Shown here: piece after piece, positions 54,511 through 64,000 of the stretch
How the letters are laid out: the number at the start of each line of letters is the position of its first letter
Numbering within the stretch: the first letter of the stretch is position 1
The notes under the pieces: model-generated
What the model was told of the DNA's origin: nothing
The model's database searches: none
Seen by the model: the letters and a program-made list of their open reading frames with translations, nothing else
Made by a program: the position numbers and the translations under genes
Assembly: GCA_012295275.1 (NCBI GenBank)
Contig: CM022671.1
Span: 23,808,001 to 23,872,000, forward strand
DNA: 64,000 bases
Origin: Chrysomallon squamiferum
Taxonomy: Eukaryota > Animalia > Mollusca
Direction: 5' to 3'

Positions 54511-56129
54511 ATTAAAATGTATTTCTTATTTTTTTGAATTGTCTCTCTAATTATCAATGAAATTGTTAAAACATTTATTATAAGATAGAAACTTAAATGT
54601 TTCTGATATATAATAAATGTTTTTTAAATATCAAGGATCAGAACCTCAAAAAGACACTAATTATTTCGAAAATAATATTTTCTGTACTCTGAATAAATGA
54701 ATGGCGTGAATAGCAGATAAGAACTGTTTGTTTATATGCACCATCTCGCGTACACGAAAACTGACCACGCCCGTTGTTAGATCAGCACCGGAGTACTGTC
54801 TGGAATAGGAAAGAACTCGATGTTATTATTGAAGAAAACTAATCCAGCGACCTGTGAAATTATCGGCAGACTTTTACCCAGTAAAGGATCTAAACAAACA
54901 TGATTCTGGAAAGAAGAAAGAAATTGTTTTTCTTTTGACGACGCAACTCATATTCAGATTTAACGGTTATACCGCGTCGGACATGGACCACACCGTCTTA
55001 TATACAGAACAGTACATTCCAAAGCCTTTGTTACATCAGTTACAGAGCATAGTCCGGAAAATGAAATATCTTATTTGAGCCACCAAGAGTGATGGACCCG
55101 GCGACCTTATACTTTCAGTTTCTACCACTGAGGTACTAATATATACATAAGGTAAATTTTAAACATTTTTTTTTTGTATTAATCTTTTTAATGCATTTAT
55201 GTAAGGGAATTACAGAATCTTTATTTTTATATATTTTTTTTTATAGATTAGTATTCTTTATACTTTTCATCCAAAGAATCGAATAGCCAAGTCAACAGAC
55301 ACAAAACATGGGTGTGTTTACAGACCATACAGGTGAAATAATCCATCATGGTCTAACACAAATACAGAGCTGAATTACCGTAACATGCGATTTACACCAC
55401 ACAGCGTCAGTTACTGGCTAACGGCATCAGACATTAACACGATTAATCTGATAAATTCCACGACTTGAAAAACGTCAGTGCTCATTTTTCCTCGGGACAG
55501 AACTAATTTAGTATTTTCGAGTACCTGCTGGAGATTACCTTTGCTCAACAATACGGGAGATTATCATTTATTTTCACGGTGCTTTCATTACTGGCCGATT
55601 GCTGTCACGCCGAGATGAATTACTTGTGCGATATATCAAATTGGTGACACCAACAAAGAAAGCAATATGAGGACTTCTTTCCACGGTACTGACCAATGCA
55701 TATCCCAGACACTGGTCGCATTTGGGCGGAGCGGTGGCCCACAATGACCGTTTGTGTTACGGACACGTATACCTTCTGTTTGATCTAGACAACTTCCCAT
55801 TTTTGTAGAATTGAGAAAATTGAAAGAATTATTTTAAAAAAAAAAAAATAAAAAAAATTGAAACTTTTTAAAATCATATTTTTCTTTGTCTTTCATCTTT
55901 TTTGTTTTGTTATTATTTAAATGTTTATTTGTTTGTTTATTTATTTTTAATGAAATGAGGAAATGATTAATAATATATCCTATAAAGGGCACGATAAATT
56001 GATTTTTCTCAAAAAAATAATAATAACAATAATAAATAAAATAAAATAAAAGTATATAAATAGGTTAACATGTTGATCAGAAAAGCAAATCTATGACCCT
56101 ATGATTATATTTATTTTAATTTATTTTAC

Positions 56130-56164
<35 letters not shown>

Positions 56165-56815
56165 TTTTCCATCGATGACAGCGGCGTGTGGTAATAATAA
56201 TAATAATATATAATATATATATATATATATATTATCTTTAAAATTCGAACGCAGTGCACGTGTAATATTACAGAAACTAATGTTACATAGTTAACGTATT
56301 ACCTGCTTTTATCAGATCTTAGCATTAAAATGAAACACGAACCAAAGGAATCATCGCAAATTATTTAATAACACGTCAGTAAAGCATTTTAAATAAAAGG
56401 ATATTTTCGCCCTTCGCCAATAGAAAACTGCTAGGCTGTAACAAACGTTGTCTGTTGTACGAGAGAAATCTGAAGTCATTACGTTTGTATGCAACAACGT
56501 GTAACGTATTATTAGGACAAGTCGGCGTGATGTAAATCTTTGTTCTTTTATGAGATCGCACCGCCGATATGCGCCATTTTCCTTTACGCTTTGACGCGAT
56601 GTCAAAAGTGCACGCACAATTAAGCAAAATAATATTACGCAGGGAAATATTTATTATAATTATTATTCTTTATATGCTAAAAATAGAGAATTGGCGGCTT
56701 GCATTTAGGTTATAGTCATTACGTGATCCGTACTTGGAGCGAAAAACTGACCCGTATTGCTAATAAATAAAGTATATAAATGAAAATGAATTTGTATCAA
56801 AGTGTTTATTATAGG

Positions 56816-56848
<33 letters not shown>

Positions 56849-57758
56849 GTCAGTGAACAAATCAGTGAGGAAGGCGAGTTAGTTTCGTTAAATAATGTGC
56901 TGTTTACCGTTACGTTTTTGTTACTGTGCTATTTAAAAAAAAAAACTTTTAAATATTTGTTTAGGGTGGAAATTGGCTGTATTTGGGTAAGGACTGATAA
57001 AAGCAAGATAAATCGAAAATAGAGCATTATTTTAAAAATTAAATGGAGACACTAGTTAAAGAGCCATTCTTAATGTAAGTACATAAATAGGGAAAGTTTA
57101 AGTCAGGGTATCACGTGCGAACAACTGAACGTTCAAAGTTAGACAGCTCGTTTCCTGGTATAATTAGATATATATGTATGTATGGATGTATTTCAGTTAA
57201 AATGTAAGTCAGTGGTCTTATATGTTTAAAATATTTACAAAAATAAAATAAAATAATAGTAATAATATCAACAACAATACCATGCATACCACCACCGCAA
57301 CAGTAGTAGTAGTAGTAGTAGTAGTAGTAGAGTAGTAGTAGTAGTAAAGTATTCAGTTAGATTAATCTGAGTAAAAGATAGACATATAAAATCATATGGG
57401 GATGGTGGGTTGTAATTAAAAAATTAATCGAAAATAGGAGGAAATAATATCTTGTATAATCATAAAATTAATAAAATTCGGTGCAACAGACGGTCTTTCT
57501 TTTTACTGTCGCTATGAAAATCACTGATGAGACTTATATAATTATTTCATTGTGGGGTTTGCTAGATACGGTGAAGCATTATGTCACTGCATCGAATCGT
57601 GAATTTTGAGCATAGCATTATTGAATATTTTAATAACGGGTAATTGAAAATAATAATAATTATTATTATTTTCTGATAATGTTTAAAATCAGAATTCTGC
57701 ATAAAGCTTAAGTATGGATGCTCAATAATAGTGGTGGATTTTTCGAAGGAAATATAAA

Positions 57759-57788
57759 ATGGCGGCTATTGGCGGTTCATCGATATTG
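57759..57788 (+). CDS. SMPD4: Sphingomyelin phosphodiesterase 4 (neutral sphingomyelinase 3), exon 1
   Basis: aaaATGGCG start, MAAIGGSSIL, donor TTG|gtaatt, phase 0 joins exon 2. Confidence 0.7.
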
Positions 57789-58446
57789 GTAATTATTTAA
57801 ATTATCTTGCAATAGAATAGTAATGCTGAAACAACCTGAGATCATGACAGTACTAAAAGCACAATGCGATTAATACTGTATTTGATTCTAGAGAAATAAA
57901 ATCTTCAAACAATGGAGAACATGTCATATAACTTCAAATTAATGTTGGTTTGATATATTTTCGATGTAAATACTATGTCGATAAACCAGATTTTTTAAAA
58001 CTGATTCTGACTAATTATAGTTTTATACTTTGCCTATACAATTAAAATAAAAAAGTATTTATAAATAATTATATTTTAGTTTATAAAGTAAATAGTTATA
58101 AATGCTTATTTTTAAAATTAATGTTATAAATGTTGATGCTTTTGAAATAAACAGAAAATAACGATCATCAAGAATCTGAACAAGACAATTTTGAATTTAC
58201 TTATAGGTTATTTATTGATTTGGTTTTGGTCAGGCAGTTGATTTTGTATTAATTACATAGACAACCATTATTTAATAATATCAATAATACTATATTTTAC
58301 TGATCTTTATAATCTGTTATGGGAAACGAGATAAAATATATTTCAATAATCACTAGATCTTAAGATGTTTCAACATATTCTTAATTATAACAAAGGTATA
58401 TTCCTTATTTATTTATTTTATTTTATTTTATTTTATTTTATTTCAG

Positions 58447-58530
58447 CCCAAACTTCAACTTATTTTTGCTAAACGCCTTCCCCAAAGATGTCAGGAAATT
58501 GATGAATTAATCAGGAAAACAAATGTTAAG
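58447..58530 (+). CDS. SMPD4: SMPD4 exon 2
   Basis: tttcag / AAG|gtttgt; PKLQLIFAKRLPQRCQEIDELIRKTNVK resembles the vertebrate [20 protein letters not shown] segment as recalled. Confidence 0.85.
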
Positions 58531-58799
58531 GTTTGTATTATTATTTTCTGTTTCAAAAATTTACAATCCACAAACAAGACTACTTGATTATTAAACAGGC
58601 CGGAAACAATACAGCTCTGTGTTTTTGTTTTTTAAAACAATTATCTTTAGAAATAATGTAAAAGAACATATAAAAATTACAAGAAAACTTATATATATAA
58701 TAATGAAAACAGTAACTTAATGAAATAGTCCCTCTTATTAATTTACTTTTTATTTTTTTTATTCTTCTGTTTTTTTTCATTTATTTTATTGCCTTACAG

Positions 58800-59009
58800 G
58801 AACTGAAGAACTGTTTGCCATATATTGTGGAGAATATATTTATGTCACAACGAGGATGGGAATTGGATAAAATATCTAAACCTACGAATCCAGCTGCATT
58901 TCAGTCAGTTCGACGTTTCCTTTCTCCAGAGGGTCAGCTACTTAATCTTATCTACAGTCTCCAGGCAGACATATATCTGCAGTACGAGTTTCAGATCAGT
59001 AATATACCT
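58800..59009 (+). CDS. SMPD4: SMPD4 exon 3
   Basis: ttacag / CCT|gtaaga; ELKNCLPYIVENIF..GWEL..FLSPEGQLLNLIYSLQAD..YEFQISNIP parallels vertebrate ELHTIFPWLVESIF..GWNL..FLDPGGPMMKLVYKLQAE..FDFPVSYLP. Confidence 0.92.
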
Positions 59010-59448
59010 GTAAGAATCTAAATTTCACATACCTTTTTTTTGAAATACAGATTATCATTTAATTTGTAGAAATATAGCATTGTTTTCCGTTTCATTGTGA
59101 TTTGTGTTTCTGTAAAATTACGTGTGGGTATATGACTGTGATTAAAAATTGTATTTAGAAACCAGTTTTAGATATTGATTATTATTCTGTGTCAGATATA
59201 TGAGATAGTTTTCCTCTAATGTTTGTTTTGCTTTCTGGTTAACAAAAGTTATTTAAAATATGTATCTTATGTATCCATATATTACAGATGTTTTATATAT
59301 ATTGATAACTTTTTAAAGCCAATTTAAAATAATGTTTAAAAACATGAGTAGTTTAATTACCTATTGTTATTATTATTATTTTTTTTCTATTTTTTTATTT
59401 TGTAATGGTGCTTTCATATGTTCCATTATGAACTTGTTTTTATCATAG

Positions 59449-59545
59449 GCTCCATCTCGACATTTGATTGAAGAAGGTGCAATTCCACTGTTCTATGTAA
59501 ACAAACTCCGCCAGGATGGTTTTGGACAAACTTATTTAGCACTAG
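59449..59545 (+). CDS. SMPD4: SMPD4 exon 4
   Basis: Acceptor tttatcatag; APSRHLIEEGAIPLFYVNKLRQDGFGQTYLAL+G; ends at the U12 donor ATATCCTTT. Confidence 0.88.
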
Positions 59546-60027
59546 ATATCCTTTCTAAGAACAAATTGTTTATATTATAGTAACGAAAACAAAACAAATG
59601 TTGAAATGAGGTTAAATATGATAATGTTCGTTTTGTATTTGGATTTGCTGGTCTCAGGTCTGTTTATTAATATTTTATAAACAAAGTGTTATTTGGAGTT
59701 TGGGATAAATATAACATAGCTGTTGAGTAATTTTAATTTATTTTTAATTATTATTTTTTTTTTTTTAATTTAAATGTTTTATTATGATTATTAATTGTTT
59801 TTAATGTTGATGCCAAAAAATATAGCCCTGTCCTAAAACATCTACTTGACAGACAGATCATTTTTATATCATTTAGTGTGATATTTCCTTTTTCAACCAG
59901 TGCTCCAAGACTGTTAATGTTATGTTAAAACTGTCATAAACATATATAATATCTATTGTCTCCTATATACAGTTTTCTTTTAAAGAAACTGATCCTCTGT
60001 ATGTTAACAATTCTTAACTCTGTGTAC
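59546..60027 (+). other. SMPD4: U12-type AT-AC minor spliceosomal intron (482 nt)
   Basis: 5' site ATATCCTTT, branch site TTCTTAAC at 60011-60018, terminal TAC; removal restores YLALGAFEYF in frame. Confidence 0.92.
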
Positions 60028-60247
60028 GTGCCTTTGAGTATTTCATGTTCCACTTTGCCTATTACCTGATCAACCCGCTGCTGCAGAAAACAACTGTAAG
60101 CTGGATCAACTTTTATGACTATTTGTATCCCAGTCTGGTGGATGACTACCTGAAGTATTTTTTTCCTCTGGATAAGAAATCTTTGCCTCCAATGCCGCAC
60201 ATGTCAGTCCCTGTCAGAAGTCCTCTTTCTCAGTACGCCATTTCCAG
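60028..60247 (+). CDS. SMPD4: SMPD4 exon 5
   Basis: (G)AFEYFMFHFAYYLI..YPSLVDDYLKYFFPLD..LPP matches vertebrate PFEYYIFFFALSLI..YFILVDRYLSWFLP; donor AG|gtttgg, phase 2. Confidence 0.92.
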
Positions 60248-60790
60248 GTTTGGGACTTTTTTTTTTTTTTTTTTAATTATAATTTAATCTACCTGGAACA
60301 TGCATCTTCTTCTGTTTGCTAACAGTATTTCCTAACTTTAAAAGAAACTAGTCTTCTCATATCAAATAATAAACTATGACAGTTTTATTTTTTTTTCTTT
60401 TATTTATAGAATTGTTTTTAAAAAAAAAAAAAAAAAAAAGAAAAAAAAAATCCAACATGAAAATGTTCTTCTTGTATAAATTTTATTGATTTTGTATTTG
60501 CTGAATTTTTTTTTTTGTTAATGTTTTTTAAATGTTACCTTAAAAAAAAGGAGAGGTTTTTGTATATACACCAGAGTAAATGAAGGGCTGCTGAATATTA
60601 ACATATCTGAAAATTAATAAACCAGAGAAAGAAATTACAATAAAACTGAAGTACTAACTAAATTCTGTTTTATGTTTTTTTTTAATTATTATTTCTTTAT
60701 TTTAGTATTTGATGCTAGTATTATTAATGTATTTGAAATCTAGAGATAATAATATGTTTACATTGAAACACGTGATAATGTTTATTTCAG

Positions 60791-60953
60791 TAACATATCT
60801 CCAGTCAGAATAAATCCAACTCCTCAGCAGCATTCGAGTCGCCCTTCTCTGTTTAAAACAAGTTTCACGGCCATGCAGAAACAACATGTCCAAGGGTCAC
60901 CAGTCTTAGAGCAGGGCGAGGCAGAGACTTGGCGGTCAGAAACAATACTTCAG
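60791..60953 (+). CDS. SMPD4: SMPD4 exon 6
   Basis: tttcag / CAG|gtgact; ends EAETWRSETILQ (vertebrate HEIWRSETLLQ). Confidence 0.92.
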
Positions 60954-61300
60954 GTGACTTTTATCTTCCAATTTCTGTACCCGTTCTGTCAGTAGACACT
61001 GAGTTATAAAAATTAATTACACTTTGAGATCTTTTCTAGATATATTCTGAACTATTATTTTAAAGGTTGATGTTAATATTTGAATGTCTATACATGTCAC
61101 CAATTAAATTATTATAAAGATTAATGTTAATATTTGAATATATATATATATATATGTTTATTACTTTAAGGTTAAATGTTTTACGATTTGGATATTACTG
61201 ACTGAGTTTTTGTAAAGATTAGATCTCGGTATATACTAAGCCAATTTTTTTAAACATTATTTTGTTATTTACTTATTTGTTGAATTATTATTATTTTAAG

Positions 61301-61375
61301 GTGTTCGCTGAGTTTTGGCTGAACCAGAATTCTCATGATATGGGTAGAGCAGCCATCTTTTCACAGTCATCACCA
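61301..61375 (+). CDS. SMPD4: SMPD4 exon 7 (gene continues beyond the window)
   Basis: ttttaag / CCA|gtcagt; VFAEFWLNQNSHDMGRAAIFSQSSP (vertebrate VFVEMWLHH). Confidence 0.88.
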
Positions 61376-62344
61376 GTCAGTATTTTTTTCTTATCACTTT
61401 AAACTATCCTCAAATTTATACTTTAATTAAAGTTTATATGTTAGTGTTTATTGGCTGTGATAAATTTTTATTTATTTATTTATTTTTGTAGTATTTTTAG
61501 AAGAAATGTTCAAACTGTGTTAAAGTTTTATTTGAAATTTACCATGCCGTGTTTTTTAAAACTTTACATTGTAATATCATTTCCTTTAATTTTTATTTTA
61601 ATGGACCTGTGGCCTTGTGATATTCAAAAATTCGGTTAGAACTATCTGAAATCATATTCAGTTTTTGCTTTTTGTACATAAGTATTTACTAAGCAAATGT
61701 AAAATGCTACTACTGAGAACAATTATTTGAAATTTTCAAAAGTGAAAATTATTAGAAAAGTGGGTAAACCACATGATTCTGACATAGAGAAAACTAGCAA
61801 AAGTTAAGTAATCAATAAACAAAGTAATTCATAAGTAATTTTTATATCATTAGCATTTAATCCTTCATATAAATTTATTTACATGTAATATTTTATTTAA
61901 AATAGCTGATACATTTCATTTACTGCATAGTGTTTACCTAATGATTCTGTCATTGAAAGTGATCACTTAGACACCAAATGAGAAACAAAGAATGAACATA
62001 TTATTATTATTGTTTATTGTCAGTAAATTAGAAATTATTTGTACAATGCAAAATACTTGAATAAAGCAGAATCAGATAATTTCGAAAGATAGCTAAAATA
62101 ACTGCAAGCAAGGCATGTAGGTCTAATATGTCTTTATTTTAATATTATATGTGACTAGGGAGTAGTTAAAATAATTTGCTGTACAAACTGATGCATTCAT
62201 TACCTTCTGCAGAATGGTCTTTTAAATATTTAATGTAAATTAAGTTTAACCAGTTATTAATCTTTAAAAGATTTATTAGTAATTTAATATGTTAGTTATA
62301 TTTTTGGTAGAAAAATTATCTGTTTTCAATCTCTCGCTTTCAAG

Positions 62345-62392
62345 TACTCGGCACGATACATGTTTGAGAGAGATCCTTTTTCTTCCCTGTTT
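62345..62392 (+). CDS. SMPD4: Candidate 48-nt symmetric cassette exon of SMPD4 (YSARYMFERDPFSSLF)
   Basis: Pyrimidine tract tctctcgctttcaag, donor TTT|gtaagt, phase 0-0, open frame. Confidence 0.5.
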
Positions 62393-64000
62393 GTAAGTAT
62401 GGTGTTACACAGTATATATATATATATACATATATATTATATCAGATACACGCATGTGGATTTATATGTGTTAATATGGTTATTGTCTTCATCTGCTTGT
62501 TGTTTCATTGTGTTTACTTGTGAAATGCTGATGCATGAAGATATAACTTTTAATTTTCATTTATTTATACGTTGTTTTTTTTTTTCATTTAAAAAAAAAA
62601 AAAATCTGTATGTGTTGTTATTATTTTGTTTCTTCCATTATTGGTATGGTTAGAGTTTAGTTTCTGTTGTCTGTTTTTAATTATTATTTTATTTTTCTTG
62701 TTCTTTTTTTTTTTTATTAAATAATTTTTTAAAAAATTTGTTGAATTTTAATTCTTTTCTCTTTCATTTCTGTTTATTTAATTTTAATGTTGACTTTGAT
62801 TTCTGGCAATAACCTGTTATCGGAAATCCTTAGAATGTATAGATATTACTGTACAATGTTGTTGCTAAATTGTTTATTTAGTAATGTTAACTCTTTGTAT
62901 GTGCATTTTGAATTCTAGTTTTAGATAATATTTTTAATTTTCAGTGCTATATCAGTGAAAAAAAGAAGGTTATAGTTAAATAAATAAATAATAAAACTTA
63001 CATAATTTACAAATTGATAAAAAAAAAACCAGAGATAAATGCTAGTGATGTTTTTATCTTATCGCTATTGTTAGTTTTGCTTACATTAAATGCTCATTTT
63101 TATTTAATTTGTTTCTTTATAATTCTTTTTGATTATACAATGTTTTTTTGTTTATTTAAAATTTTTTTAATCTCTTATAAATAATAATGAGATTGCTGTT
63201 TAAATAAAATATGTACATGTGATTACATACTTAAATTAAAGTTATTTAAGCATTTCATACATATATATTAATAAATACTGTATACTATACAGATAATTGC
63301 TGAAAGTTAGTAATTTATAACAAACCCTATTTAGCTGGTATTTAATACTTTCTACAATTTTAATTTTTTTGTAAAAAAAACAACAGGTAACTTGCATTAA
63401 AAAAAAATGGGTACATAAGTGTTGTTTCACAACCCTTCACACTACAGAGTGAATCTATGAAGATTTAAATAGATAAAAATTAGCTAATTTTGCTTAAAAT
63501 TGAAGCTTTTATATACTTAGTTTTAGGTGACAGTATTTAACTTAAAATTTACATTTATTATAAATATAATAATTATTATTATTGTTGCTGTTGTTTTTGT
63601 TATTAGATGATTTGTTATAGGCACATGCTGCTTGCTTTTGTGAATACAGGTGGAGGAAAGAGGCACCCCTTTCCATTTATATATTTTCTTTTTCATGCTT
63701 TGGGTTTTCTCTCCAATGTGTTTATTAATTTTAATTTTTATTACCAAGTACATAAAGATTAATGACATAAAACAAAAATTACAGAAAGATTTTTTTGAGA
63801 AAACAGTCCCCAAAAAACAACACAGTATTCTATTAATTTACTTAAATTATTAGATGATGAATCATTTAGGCAACAAAATAATTTTTATTATAAGACACAG
63901 TATGTTCTGAATCCAAGAATTTAATTACTTTTTATGATAAAGTTACTGAATCCCATGGTTGCTGTATTTTTTTTTTTTTTTTAAATTTATTATATAATCT

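Overview
This is AT-rich, microsatellite-dense, intron-containing animal DNA, most consistent with a mollusc or other lophotrochozoan (inference only). Nearly all ORFs in the supplied track are spurious; real genes had to be rebuilt by hand from splice signals. Four loci, left to right. (1) The 5' part of a large unidentified minus-strand gene (~1-27.2 kb) with several candidate alternative first exons, two of its exons sharing a GE-x(1,2)-[ST]FGKLLxxP motif. (2) A plus-strand secreted AA15/LPMO_10-fold gene (30024-33792) that has lost its copper histidine brace (His1 to Arg, second His to Leu). It carries two tandemly duplicated alternative terminal exons, neither fully visible in the ORF track, that swap the disulfide loop, the axial-position segment and the C-terminal tail; this is the most novel item. 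(3) A minus-strand two-exon group III (bee-venom-type) secreted phospholipase A2 (52395-37904) with a 13.4 kb intron, long prodomain, RVKR furin site and very basic tail. (4) The 5' seven or eight exons of SMPD4 on the plus strand (from 57759), including a clear AT-AC U12 minor intron. Also present: a 78-bp palindromic mariner-type MITE, a hAT/Charlie-type MITE, several minisatellites, and a visible mosaic of CpG-poor and CpG-retaining DNA that follows the gene boundaries. All family calls rest on remembered motifs, not database searches.
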